A DNA stretch of 64,000 nucleotides from Phaeosaccion multiseriatum (GCA_965112735.1 OZ218953.1:248001-312000), one strand, 5' to 3'; shown: positions 51,401-64,000, counted from the stretch's first letter. Notes: generated by a model from the sequence alone, not told the origin. Numbers and translations: made by a program.

Positions 51401-54400
51401 CCCTCTCCTCCCCCTCTTCTCGTGGTGCTGCCGTCTCTGTCAGTAGCCACAGAGCCCTCCGCTTGCTGGCCCCGTCTCCCTGCCACTGCCGCACGTGCTG
51501 CCTCAGGCGAGTCTGCAGCACCCTCCACGACAGCAGCAGCAGTAGCAGCAGTCGTACTAGAAGAGGGGGCAGCGGCAGCAGTGGTCGCAGAGGCCGTCCT
51601 TCCTGCGATAATCCGGTCGCTGGAGCGCTCACTCACTTCCAGGGCCCTCTTGCGCACCTGCTCGCACACGCTGACTCTGGAGAAGATCTCCAGAGGCCGG
51701 ACCAAGAAGGCGCAGCTCGAAGGGGCGCGAGAGGCGGTGAGGTCCACCCTCCCGAGAAGCGTCATGAGCACATTGACAATGTCCAGGTCCAGGAGGAGCC
51801 GCACCACGTCGAAAGACACGTGGCTGTTGCTGTCCCTCGTGCGCTGCTGGAGAGGGCTCTGGGGGGGGCGAGGCGAGGCCAGGCCCATGAGCACCTCGCC
51901 CCACGCCTGTAGGGCCCAGAGGTCGCTGTCCTTTCCCCCGATGAGGGCACTCATGTTCATACTCATCATGCCCTTCTCTTTCGACCCCGAGTCCTTTGCA
52001 CAGAGCAGCGCGTGAACAAGCTCCGCCAGTACTCGCCTCCGACCCTCCCCCGCGCGCGCACAAAGCGCAACGAGAAGACGAGCTGCCATCTGAGCCAAGC
52101 GGCTGGACACGGCCGCTCGGGCCTTGGTCACCTTCTTCTTTTCCGCAGAGGAAAGACCTGGAGTTGCTGCACTACCCCCTCCAGCTGACCCCGCTGATCC
52201 CGCTGACTCATCTCCCCCCCCTGCAGAGTCCACCACCGTCTCCTTGAAGGCGCTCGAAGAGCGCGGCACAGGCAGCACCGCGTGCAACAAGAAGGCCACG
52301 AAGGTGTGCGAGGGCTGCGAACAGCCAAACACCCCGTGAGGCAAAGACGCAAGCTGAGACACGGCCTCGGGTGCAAGCCCAGGCACGCGAGGAACAGGCC
52401 CTACTGCCGCTGCTGCAACGGCCTTGGCAGCAAATCGATGGGTGGCGTTTGCGCAGACGGGAAAGGCCCACACCAGGTCTCCCACGACCTCGAGCAAGTC
52501 AGTGACACTCACAAAGCCGATCCTCTCCGTCTGCACGACGGCCTCTGCAAGGATTGAGAGGGCTGTGACTGGAGCTGAGGCGGGCCCACTGCTGGCTGCA
52601 GACGCCGTATTCGCAGCAGCGGCGGCAGCGGTACACGCCGCAATGGCAGCGGCGGTCGCCATCGAGCTAGTCGCTGTCTCCTCAGGAGTCGCGCTGGCCA
52701 CTTGACGCCTCCTTTCAGCCTCCCTCTGCGCCTCTGCCCGGCGCAAGAGGATAATCTTAGACAGCAAAAGGTTCATCGTCTCGGTGCGATTCAGCGTAGC
52801 CTCCTGTGCCACTGCTGCTGCTGCTGCTGTTGCCGCTGCCCCTGATGCTGCTGTTGATGATACCGCCATCGGGGAGGGCGGAGGGGGCGGCATGATCTTG
52901 CTGTCGGCACTACTACTACCACTACTACTGCTGCTGCTGCTGCTGCCCCCCTTCTTGCCTCTTTTCGTGCCAGTCTCAGCCGCAGCTCCTCCTTTCGGCC
53001 CTGTCCGCCCTCCGGCACTAGCAGCAGCGCTGGGAGTTACGCCCCGCACCTCGCCGACTGCCGCCCCGCCCTTGACCACAGGCTTCAGAGTCACCAGACT
53101 CCTGCTGCTCGAGGGGCCTCCTCCCTCAGGAGCAGAGGCCTTCGTCACTCGCAGCGTGGCAGCAGCGGCACGAAGAAAGGCGTCTCGGTCTCTGATGAGG
53201 AGAGGCGCCAACTGCACGAGGAGAGCAAACAAAGGGACGGCGCCCGGCCGCTTCCCCTGCCCAGCTGGCGCGCCCTGTTGTTGGCGAGAGCGCTTGTCCA
53301 GCTGGGCAAAGGTGGTGCGAAACTTCGTCTCCATTGTTGCCTTTTCGGGGGGAGGGGAGGGGTTCAAGAGAGACAGTTGGGACACGACAGAGTGAGATAA
53401 GCAGCACCTTCCGGGAACGCAACTATTCCACAAGCGTTCCTCAACAAGGCCCCTATACCAGAAAAAACTTTAATTGTACCTGAAGCGTCAGAGGATCCTC
53501 CAAGAGATGCTTGAAGAGAGAGGTCACGAGCGCCGTGTGTCCCGGAAAGGTGCACGCCTTGGGCAGCCCCAGCAGAGAAGCTCTCCCCCCCAGGGCCATG
53601 AAGCGCTTCGCTCTGGTGTAGTCCTTCACAAAGTGCACCAGCAGCTTCAAAATGGCCTGCGTCACTTGCTTGGGAATGGCCACAGAAGTGGACACTGCTG
53701 CTGCTGGCGCTGGTACGGACAAGCGCAGGCAAGGGCCCGGAAGGGATGACGAGGCATCGTCCGTCATCGGCACGCTTCCATCGTCACTCTGCTGCTGTTC
53801 CTGCTGCTGCTTCTTCCGCTCGCTCTTCTCGTCTGCCTCTCCTTTCTCCTTAAGCGCAGCCAGCATCTCCACGGCAAGGTTCAGCAGCCGGTCCGAATGT
53901 GCCTCGCTGAGCATGGGTACGACTTTCGGGATGTCGCTAAACACGTCGTCTTCCTCAGCAGCAGCAGCAGCAGCGGCTGCAGCCTTAGAGGGGGATACAC
54001 CAGACGCCTTCGCCTTCCCCTTGCCCTTGCCCTTGTGGTCCGGTTTCTTCCCTGGAGTACGTGCAGTTTGACTGCCCGTCTTCTCATCCTCTCCACTGTG
54101 GCTCTCAGACTCGACCGCCTTCGCTGTGGCTTCTTTCGCGCCTTCCCCAGCAGCAGAAGCAGCAACGCTCTTCGCAAGACTTTCAGCGTCGAGAACAGGT
54201 AGGGCCATGAGCTCCAGCAGCAGAAGGCAAGGAGGCAGGTATGTGGGCCACTCCCCTAGACTGCCATCTTTCCCTCCCTCCATGATGCCCGTCAAGGCCG
54301 CCTCCACCAGCGTGAGGAGGGTATGCGGTAAGTCCTGCTCCTTCAGCAGCCCCCGGCACTGTGGTAGGGCGTGAATCAACAGCAACACCACGTGGAGCAT

Positions 54401-57400
54401 GCCCCCCAGAGCAGCCAGCGTGGCCTGCTCCGCCACCCCGCCGGGGGAAACGCCGGCTCCGAGTGCAGACACTCTTTCGATGGCCGTCCGGACAATGTCG
54501 TCTCTCATTTCATCGGCCTCCTTCTCCTTCTCCCCCACACTGCCCCCGTCAGGAGAGGTCATCTGACAAGTAAGAACGAGGAGCGGAGTGGGGCGAGACG
54601 GAGGAGTAAGTAATGGCATGGGGTGATGCAGACATGGACAAGTAAGAGCAGACTCACCCGCTCCGCCTTCTTGCGTCTGATGTCTTCAATAAGAGAGGTG
54701 ACCACCACGAGGCTGGTGCTCTGCCTCCTGTCTGGCGGCGGCGCTGTGGCAATTCCCGGGGTAGGTGGGGTTGTTGACTCCTCTGCGGGCCCTGCTGCTT
54801 CTGCGGCAGCCGCCTCCACTGCGCTCTTCTCAACGAGCGGGAAGACCACTTCTCGCAGTGTCTTCTGGAGGGCCTTGAGAGATCCATCCGCCTGATTTCG
54901 ACGCCGATAAAGAGGCACGGGAGGCACCAACCGCGTCAGAGGAGGCACAAAATAAGGGAAAGAAAAAAACGAAAAGGAGTTCACTGACCGACCCAACGCA
55001 CCTTTTCGCACGCCGCCTTGAGCTCCTTGGCCATTCGCTCCCTCTCGGCTTTGAGCTCCGCCTCTGCTTGGGCCGCCGCCTTCTCCTTGGCCTTCTCAAA
55101 GTCCGCTGCTAACTTCTTTCGCGTCTCCTCTTCCTCCTCCCTCTTCTTCTTGGCTTCCTCTTGCCGCTCCTGTTCCTCCGTGACTGCCTGTGCGGCCACT
55201 TCGGGGGCAGCATCTAGCCGTTCCGCTTCCACCGTGGCTGCTTCTGCTGACACTTCGGGAGCTTCCTCTTCCTCCTCCTCCTCCTCCTCCTCGGGCTCGC
55301 TACTCTTCATTTCCGCGTCGCCATCCTCGTCTTCCGCGGCGGCGGGTGCTGCGGTTGCGTCACCTGCAGCAGCATCAGCAGCAGGAGCACTACCACTAGG
55401 AGCATCAGCACTTGCAGCACTAGCACCGACAGCAGCAGGAGCACTGCTACTGCTACCAGCGCCACCGGCACCGGCACTGCTACTAGCCGCACTGGCACCA
55501 CCAGATCCGGAGGAAGAAGATGACGCCGCCGCCGGCGCGGGTGCAGGGTGTGAGAGCAGATACTCCATGGCCACCTCCACTCGGTTGGACTCGTGCGCAC
55601 GCAGCGCCTCCAGGATGTGCTCTCTTCCAAAGCCCATCTCCATCAGCGCCGTGATGGTCGCCTCGGAGGGCACAAAAGCCGGCCGTGCTGGCTCTGCCAG
55701 CAGCCCGGCGCCTCCCTGTCCCTGCGGGGGTGGAAACCTCTCGAGCTGCGCTTGTAACCGCTGCAGAGGGCCCACCATGAAGCGATGACCGCCGAGTCGG
55801 TGAGGCGCGCGTCTCCCTGCGCCACCAAACTGCAGCCCAGCTCCGAGTGCCCCCCCCGGGCCCCCCAATGCGCGTTCCCGGGCGCGCTGGCTGCGTTGGC
55901 ACAGCTCCAGACTGGCCTCCACCTGCAGAGAGGCAACGAGGTCCTGCGCCACGGAAAACAGTTTCTGCAGCACGTCGGGGGGCAGCTTGTGAAGGCGACC
56001 GTGCGAGAGAAGCTCGCCGATGGTGGCCGATATGGCCATGTGAAGCTGCCGGGAGAAGGCGTCGGGCTCGAACTCTGAGAAGCCTGAGCTTGAGCTTGAG
56101 CTCGAGCTCGAGCTTGCTCTCGCGTCGGCAGGTAGGGCCGCGGCCTCGGCCTCACTGTTGGCTGCTGCAGCGTCGCCTGCCACCACCTCCATCCCCTGCG
56201 GCTGCTCCGCTCCTCCGGCCCCTGCTGGGGATGGCTCTGCCGGAGGGGGTGCTTGTGCGCTCTCCCCCTCTTGGGCCCCTCCCTCTGGCCCTCCCTCTGG
56301 CCCTCCCTCTGGCCCTCCCTCTGGCCCTCCCGCTGCCCCTCCCGCTGCCCCTCTCGCTGCCCCTCCCACTGCCCCTCCCGCTGCCCACCCCGCCACCTCC
56401 AATGCAAGTGCACCCAGTGCAGCCGAGGGCCCTGTATGCAGCAAACAAGACGTAAAGGAGAGAGGAGCGGGGGATGTGGAGTCAGAAGATTGATTTGCGA
56501 ACGGTCTCCCAAGTGTATTTGGAGCAAGTGGGGTCAGAAGGAGGCGCAACGGTTTTCAAGCTCTCTCCCTTCGAAAAGAGTTTCCGTTTTGTGGACTCAC
56601 CTGATGCTGCGGCTCCGGAGCCTGCGCCTGCTGCGGCGGCGCCTGTGCTCCCACTAGCACCCTGAGCGGAGGCGGACACCATCACCCTCCTCTCTGCGTC
56701 TCTCTTGGCTTGCAGCACCATCGCGCTGGTGTAGGGACTCGTAAAGATGAGCGACCTGCTGCTGAGGCGGCGCAGCATGGACAGAGAAGCACGGACATTT
56801 TCCAGCATCTCGGGGAAGATTGTATTGTGCTTCTCACAAGCGGCTGGTCCGTGCTGCTCGGTGCCGTCTACGGTGGTGTCCATCGTGCTCTCGCTCTCGG
56901 CGGAGGCGCAGGACTGCGTCTCGAGCATCAGTTGCAGTAGCGCCCCCGACATGACAATAACTTGGCTCAGCGAATCTGTCGCTGGGAAACGGTCCTCCTC
57001 CTCCCTCTCCAGCTCCTGCGGCCGCTTGGGCGCCACGATGAGCTGCTGCATCTTCCACAGAATGAAGGTGTTGAGAAAGTGCCTTCGCTCATCGAACAGC
57101 ACCGCGGCTGCCAGCTCCATGGCGTTGCTCACATACATGGCAGCGGCCAGTGGGTGTAGCTCATCCGACGACGGCGTTTGCGACACTCGCTGCACGACTC
57201 GCAAACCCTCTCCCATGAGGTCCCTGAGAGCATGCACCACCATGTCCGCCACTTGCGGCGCGTGTTGCGTCAGAGACACCGCAGCTACATCCTCCCTCGC
57301 GTGGTGCCTGGGGCTGCCCGCCAGCAGCACCTTGCCCAGCACGGAGAAGATCTGCCGCAGACCGCCGTGCAGCCTCCCCAACACGTGCGCCCCCGCCGCC

Positions 57401-59085
57401 CGGAGCCCGACTACAGACATCTCTACACTATTGGCCGCCCCCTTCCCAGACCCTAGCTTCTCGACACGGACAAAGTCCTCCTCCTCGCTTCCTTCTGCCG
57501 GTCCTGCTGCTGCTGCTGCTGCTGCTGCTCCTGCTGCTCCTGCGGCACCGAGACGCACATCAAGCACTTCCACAATGGGCTGCCGTCCTCCAGCGCGGCT
57601 CGTTTCACTGACCCATCCAAACTTGGTCCTGAAGCGAGCCACACCGGAGACTGCACTGAACCGCCTCTCATATGCCTCGAATATTGCTCCCATCTCCATC
57701 ATGTGGATGATGTTGCTCGTGTCGATGTCAAGCCCCTCCCGCACCACCGCCCCGTCTGGACACACGACCCGCATCATATACACCGTGGGAGGCTTCCAGA
57801 TACCCTTGGTCCGAAGCAGCTGCTTCTCCTCAATCTTGCCCCTGCATGCTTCTAAATGAGCTGTGCGGTGCAGTGCGGCCAAGCGTCGAAAGGTGTCTCT
57901 CGAACCAGTGGCAGCACCTGTGAGGGTGTCGGCCCACATTCGATCCGCCCCAGAGACGGTGCCGGCCCTGGCGCTGCTGTGAGCTGCTCGTATCACAACC
58001 GCCAGCATGCCCGACAGCCACTCCACCACTACAATCCTCTTGAGGTAAGCAGCGAAGCGCTCTAGCATTGCGGGCAGGGGCTCCGAGCTGAGCTTGCGGC
58101 GTAGGTGGAGATGCAGAGGTGCTTGGGGCAGGCAGCTGAGGATGAAGGTCGCGTCGAGGTCGGGGTCCTGCTGCACCGCTCCCTCATCGTCGTCTGTGTC
58201 CATGACGGTTATGGCGGTTATGGCCTTGGCCTTGCCTTTGCCCGCCTCGGGTACTTCCAGAAAGAAATTGGATGCCGCCTTGCCCTTGCCCTTGCCCTTG
58301 CCCTTTGGCGCCTTGGGCACGTCCACAGCCCCACCTTCGCTGCTGCTGCTGCTGCTGCTGCTGCCGGCTTGGAGCTGGCGTAGCTCCCGCTGCTCCTGCC
58401 CCAATTTTATTAGGTGTTCATCCATCTCGGCCAAGAGCCGTTTCAGAAGCTTCTTGGGTTGGACGCCACTCACTTGCTTCACCGTCTGACTGACCGCGTG
58501 AGAGGCAGGGTAGTGCGCCAACGCCCCATTGGTTACGGCGCTCACATTGGATAGGAAACCCCGCGGCCCAGGCAAGCAAAGCGGGTACATGTCCAGCAGA
58601 GCATCCAAGCCCCCGGCCTCGAAGAAGGGCTCTACATGCTCGGGCTTGCTCAAGATGGGCTCCAGAATCATTGCGGTGTGGGTCACGAACTGCCCCACCA
58701 GGCATCGCTCCTCCCCCAAGGCCGCCGTGGCTCCCTCTGTTGCCTCCCTCGCATCCAGCGATCTGCCCGCCGCCACCACCGCCACCGAGGCGTGCACAAG
58801 CGCCTTGATGCACTGCGGCTTGAGCGCAGGTACGTGCCGCATGAGCTCATCCAACCCCGTGCCGAACATGCTCGTGAGCTCGCCCTGCAGGCATCGAGAC
58901 ACGGGGAGGGCGTACTCGGGCGACGAAAACACCCTCATCAGAGAGGGGAACACGTTTGCTGCGGCCACGGCGGTTGCACCCGCTGTGGTGAGGGAGAGCG
59001 CCGACAAGGTCTGGGGAATGACCATAATCAGCTCCGGTACCGATGGTAGTAAAGACGGGCCTCCTCCTGCTCCTTCTCCTCCATC

Positions 59086-59121
<36 letters not shown>

Positions 59122-61649
59122 GAGGCCCTTCAGAAAGGCGCCTGCGATGCCGGAGCTGTGCACAAAGCCCACGCACGTGGGATCGGCGTTGATGATGTCG
59201 CCGACCAGCACTGCGGCGAGGGATACGAGAATACCACCGACAGACCTGAGGTTGTCAAACACATCAATGAGCGCCTCGCTGAACTCCTTGGTGCGCAGGT
59301 GCTGACTGCCCACAGTGTGACCCATGCCCTGGCAGTGGAAAGCGACCGTGAGCAGGTTGAGCAGAGAGTGCATCAGAACCCGCTGGGAGGGACTGGGCTG
59401 TGCAATAGTGCCGGCGGGTGGTTTTCCACTTCCTACAACTGCTGCTGCTACTGCTGCTTCTGTTTCTCCTGTGTCCGCCGGTGCTGCAGGCTCTCCCGCT
59501 TCCCGTGTCTTCCCCCCTCGCCTGCTCAGCGGCCTGCCTCCTGGTGCTTCCACCAGCTTCCCTTCGGCGCCCACTAGCTCCGCGGGTGGCGTCTCCTCCA
59601 CGGCAGCAGCCTTTGCAGCAGCAGCAGCGCTTCGGAGTCGAGAAACCTCAGTATGGAACGACGCGACGAGTACATCCACCGCTCCAATCTCCTTGAAAAC
59701 TGCATGCGCGCTTGAATGGTTCACGATGGCCCCTTCGAGGACCTGCACGGCCAGCGCCACAATGTACCGCCGCTGGAAGAGAAACTCGCCGCAGAGTACT
59801 TCCTTGTTGCTCTCGCTTCCAGGTCCTCCGTCAGCAGACTCGAGAGATTGTTGGATGACGCCCAACAGAGCAGGAATGAGCCCACAATCGGTGAGCGCAG
59901 CGGCTCCAGCCTGAATGGATACCACTGCAGACACCAGCGTCAGCACCATTTCCACCCACAAGAGCTCCTTCGCAAGGTCGTCCGCTGCAGCTGCACTGCG
60001 GGCGGTGCTTGGCATCACCTGTCCCTGCCCGCCGCCCCCTGCTGCCGCCTTTACGAATGCCATACCTAGCGACAAGCCCTCATCATCATCACCCCCACCG
60101 CCCCCCTTGCTCTCCTCCACTCCTTCGTCCCTCTCCTCCTCTCTCTGCGCAGGTAAAATCCTCGACCCAAGCTCCGCCAGTCCCGCCACTGCACCGCGAA
60201 TGAGCCCCGGCAGCAAACCCGTGTACTGCCCCCTCGCCACTCCCAGCTCCTGAAACACACTCCCGTTTCGAGGAGTCGCCAGACCGCCGGGGCTGTTTGC
60301 GAGCCTGGACCCAACCAAGGCAGTAAGGCAATGAATCGCAAGCAGGCGCGCCTCCATGGGCACCCGCACTTTCTCTGCCGCTGTCCCTTCCGCCACTCGA
60401 ACAAGGTCCACCAGCTCCTGCGTGAGCTCTGGGTGTGACTGGTAGTAAGTGGTGAGGCTCTCGCCTGAGGGGTGGCAATGCAACAGGCCGGCGAGGGCCT
60501 GCAGGCGCCGGAGGATGGCCTGGCCGCGACTCTCGTGGGAGGCAAAGCCCTTGGCCAGGCGAATGCGCGCCAGAAGCGCAAAGAGCCTCTCCTTCGGAAC
60601 CTTGTAGTCCCGCACCATTTCCCGGTACAGCTCGGCGCAAGACAGGGGGCTGTCACACACCCTTTTCAGGTGAATGTACTCCGTCGTCGTTCCGCCCTCA
60701 ATGCCTTCCCGCACAAAGTCAAAGCAAACGTCTCCGGGATGCGCAGGCAGGCCCGTCGTGTCCTCCAGGAGACAGGCCAGCAGGCCCAGTCCTTGTCCGC
60801 GACTTCCCCAACCATTCGCGAGCGTCATAAGCTTGGTGCCTGCGGCCTGTGCGTTAATTGTCATTGTATTGGGAGGACCGGGGGGGCGATCGGGGGTGAG
60901 GGGCAAAGGCTGAGCATACCGTCCTTCATGGACCCCTCCTCTCTCTCTACTCCTTTTGTTGCCTATTCTACTTCGGGACAGATACCACCACACAACCCAC
61001 CTTGTCGTTGTGAATGGCGCAGACTTGGCTGTTGCTCTCCGGCTGCTGCAGCGTGTGCATGAGGGCAGGCATGCAAAGCATCGCCACGCATTCCAGCGCC
61101 TTGGAGGCTACCTCATCGTCCGCAGCTCCGAGCAGGGCCACGAGGCAGTTGGTGGAGCTGTACACGTGCTTGTTGGTGGCGTGTCGCAGCAGGACGGCTG
61201 TAAAGCAGAGACAGGCCAGGACCAGGGCCCGCTGCTCTTCTTCACCCTTTTCCTCCGCGGAATCGGCCACCCCCCCCCCCTCTGCCAGCAGCTCTTTGTC
61301 GAGCTCTGCGTCGCTCTTCACCAGAAGCAGAGAAGGGCACGTGCGCAACGCAGTGCGCATCACATCGTCTGCGCGCGGACGATAACAACACGACGATTAG
61401 TACAAACACGAGACCCACAACTTGTACCCTCCAGCCCCAGGTCTCACCTAGCCTGTCCAGCTGCGCTATCCAGTCGTAGAGATCCGGCAGGTCTTCGAAG
61501 TTGAAGCTCCCTTCGGTGCCAACGCCCTGCAAGATGTCCTGCAGGCCCTTGTCCGTCCCGCACTCCGTTATTGCCTCCTTCAAAGCTCTCAGCCCAGGAG
61601 ACCAAATGGGGATGACGGGCACCCCCACGAGTTGGTGCCTGACATGCAT
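42431..61649 (-). CDS. HUWE1: HUWE1/UPL1/Tom1-type HECT E3 ubiquitin ligase (~19 kb, multi-exon)
   Basis: N-terminal DUF908/913-like region (DLYDWIAQLDRL, NKHVYSS, VPKERLFALLARIRLAKGF). UBA (ITALMEMGFGREHILEALR...AMEYLLSHP). UBM/DUF4414 (GMDPEVFAQLP, DALAALPEDVRQEVL, MDNASFVASLSPDLRQEILL). HECT (LDFDNKR, GEEGIDAGGLTREWY, FVTGTSKVPLEGF, LPQAHTCFNQLNLP, EGSEGFGFG*). Confidence 0.96.
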
Positions 61650-61993
61650 GGTTGAGCGAGCAAGGTGCGCACCCCTCCGCCCTTGCCTCTACTTCGTGCT
61701 GTTGGCTCTACCGTGTTCCCTCCGCCATCACCCCCTCCCGATCCGCCGCCCTGCCGTTTACGGCCCTTGTCTCCAGCCGCTAAAGAACGAGGCAGAAGTA
61801 CGTCGTCCTAACGTCACCACCCCTCGTCTTTCTATCTGATCCCTCTCCCCTTCTTTTGTACGATTCGAGGACCTTCCTCCCCCGCGCTCTTGCCAACTGA
61901 ATTGAAACTCACAAAAAACTCTGTCCTCTCCTCCCTCCCTCCCTCCCTTCTCTTCCTCTCACTCCCTCTTCCCTTTTGATCATTCCTCCTAGG

Positions 61994-62268
61994 ATGTCTG
62001 AGCTTCGAAGATCTACGCGCAAGAGGCAGTCCGCCCGAATCGCGAGCTTGTACGGAGAGAATGACGCCTACCAGGCGCCTCGAACCTTCTCCGACTGCCT
62101 CCGTATGCGAGCGCGAGCGTGGAAGAAGGTCAAGGTGAAGACGGGGTACTTTGAAGTGGAGCGGTGGCAACGAGACGAGACGCAGGAGGCGAACCAGCAG
62201 CAGCAAGAGGGAGGTGGTATGGGTGCCGGTGGGGAAGCCGCCGCCGCTGCCGCCGCTGCCGCCGCCGC

Positions 62269-62301
<33 letters not shown>

Positions 62302-62446
62302 AGCTGCTCCGCCACCCGAAGGGCGGAGTCGGCGCCCCCGGAGAGACAGCAGGAAGAGAATTTTGGGAGAGGAGGAAGGAGAGGAAGGCGAGGGAAATGC
62401 TGTTGGTACCTTGGGGCCGTCAGGCGAAGGAAAGGAGCGATCTTAG
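61994..62446 (+). CDS. Small hypothetical nuclear protein, possibly BCL7-like
   Basis: MSELRRSTRKRQSAR...RARAWKKVKVKTGYFEVERWQR resembles the BCL7 N-terminal motif (VRKWEKKWV...RIYKWVP). A low-complexity Ala/acidic tail follows. Confidence 0.45.
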
Positions 62447-63040
62447 TCGCTGGAGAAGCAGATACACGCTGCACTCATCTCGCCCTGGACGAGTGTGAGG
62501 ACCACTTACAGGCGACTCTACGCCGCAGCAAGAGGGGAGCTGATGCGGTGGCTTGGCGTCCCTTTCTTCTCGTCACTTCCTTGTCTCTGGGAGAACAACT
62601 CCCCCTGTCTTACTCTGCTGGGAGACCTGTAGCGTCCCAGAGCGAGAAATGCATGCCAAGGAAGCCTTCCGCATCGGCAAATGTACACCACCCAAGCTTG
62701 GAGAATCAGAAGTAGAGTGCTTCTTTCTGTTTGGGGGGAGCGGCATTGGACTGCAGACGGCGATGCTTCCATCGCTTCTTCACAGCGTACAGCTCTGAGT
62801 GCCCGAGTAGCGATTCATCAGGAGCATAGACGGACTTCTTGCAAGACCCGCTGCTGGGGATGGTAGGGAGCTATCGAGGAGGCGTGCCGGCCCGGCTCGA
62901 GGAGCAGAGGAGCGGCGGGAGGCGCAGGGTCTCTTGGGCTTCTGGGTCCGATAACCGCTACCTTTGGGCTGCTGGCCGCAGGACTCCCCTAGCTTCCTGT
63001 TCATGGGAGGCCAGAGAAGTCCTGCCTGGGGCCGAATACT

Positions 63041-63190
63041 CTGACGTGCTCTCTGCTATCTGCTATCGCCGGCGCAAGGCCAGGCCAGGCCGGCATGCTA
63101 TCTGCTATCGCCGGCGCCAGCCGGCGTGCCATCTGCTATGGGCTGGCGGCCGATAGCCGAGAATGTGGTCGATAGCACGTCAGGGGTCGA
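63041..63190. mobile_element. Possible degenerate MITE-like element
   Basis: Inverted repeat CTGACGTGCT (63041-63050) / AGCACGTCAG (63174-63183), right end GGGGTCGA, and internal TGCTATCTGCTATCGCCGGCG repeats. Confidence 0.45.
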
Positions 63191-63402
63191 AGATACACAC
63201 ACACTCGACGAACACTCAATAGAGAACGTAGAACCCCAAGAGAAAATAAAAATAAAAATGCCTTCGCCCATAAGGCCGCCGAAGCAGGCCAGTCACAGTT
63301 GCCGGCAGAAACTACCAACTCACCCCCCTTGCTTTTCTCTTCTCTTCAAAACAAGTCTCTTCTCTTCAAGACAAGATAAGAGATAAGTAGACCAAATAGG
63401 GC

Positions 63403-64000
63403 ATGGGCGTGTTCCTCAAAGGACGTGGTGTCCTACTGGGACTTCTGCTGCTGTTGCTGGCAGGTGAATAACATAACCGCTTTACGAACGGAGGGGAACC
63501 AACACAAACTCTCCCCACTTGCTCCACCATTTGTCCCCCGGGCCAAGTGGGCGGGACAAAGTTACTGCGATAGCTGCTTTGGGGCCACCGACTCCTCTTC
63601 CCTCACTCTTTTTACGCGGTCTCTACTGACCTTCCCCAGCGTTCCGCGGTTCCTCTCTTGTTTCAGCGCCTCTTCTCCTGCGGCCTCTCTCACTCGACGT
63701 GCCTGCCGTTGCTGTTGCTGTCAGGCGCTTGCTCGGGTCTCATTCACAAGCTCGAGGTGTCCGAGGACCCTCGCGACTTTTTCCAAATCGAGGATTTCGG
63801 CTTCGTTGCTGGCGGATCGTGGACGCTGGCCGTCTCTGATTTTAGCGTGTATGCTCGTCCGGAGTACAAGGTGAGGGCCTGGGAACGAGCAAGAGGCTTG
63901 GTGGTTGGATGCTGATAATCTTATGTCAACAACACGTAAACTAGGTTGGTTTCGTCATGATCAACGCGACAAGCGAGAGCGGGATTGAGCAGGACATTGA
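63403..64000 (+). CDS. GPR107/GPR108 (lung 7TM, GOST family)-like protein, 5' part only
   Basis: Spliced product MGVFLKGRGVLLGLLLLLLAGACSGLIHKLEVSEDPRDFFQIEDFGFVAGG: a signal peptide followed by the IH-x-L...D-x-R...FGF-xx-GG motif. Truncated by the window end. Confidence 0.75.

Noticed and set aside
43819-61062. Many long plus-strand ORFs (e.g. 43819-45135, 50948-52015, 56747-57859)
   Set aside because: They are antisense shadows of GC-rich HUWE1 exons, low-complexity and without motifs.
21742-61649. Functional cluster of ubiquitin-proteasome genes (RAD23, RPN7, HUWE1)
   Set aside because: They are interspersed with unrelated genes, and chance co-location is plausible for such a large functional class.

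Overview
Compact, GC-rich, intron-rich eukaryotic nuclear DNA with short GT-AG introns, many carrying (CA)n/(TG)n tracts. It is most likely a photosynthetic stramenopile (ochrophyte): one gene has a bipartite signal peptide + 'SSAF' plastid-targeting motif and another is an intron-containing bacterial-type MinE. About 19 spliced genes can be reconstructed: a tail-anchored membrane protein, IQCH-like, an M43 (pappalysin/ulilysin-type) metalloprotease, bifunctional P5CS, LTO1, a GAMT/RMT2-like methyltransferase, RAD23, an SPT small-subunit-like protein, a SAM-C2-IQ-WW protein, GNB1L/ASA1, RBM5/10-like, MinE, a plastid-targeted unknown, RPN7, POLE3/DPB4, a ~19 kb HUWE1/UPL1 HECT ligase, a BCL7-like candidate and the start of GPR107/108. 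The most unusual structures are: (i) a Pro/Thr stalk on the protease built from 12 frame-preserving phase-0 exons that arose by exon+intron duplication; (ii) a nested repeat in which two ~160-190 bp elements sharing a 17-bp terminal inverted repeat bracket an ~880 bp (GGGA)n tract, with a possibly related element near 63.1 kb; (iii) the nuclear MinE. Family calls come from motif recognition by eye, not database searches. CDS coordinates span introns, and some gene ends are approximate.
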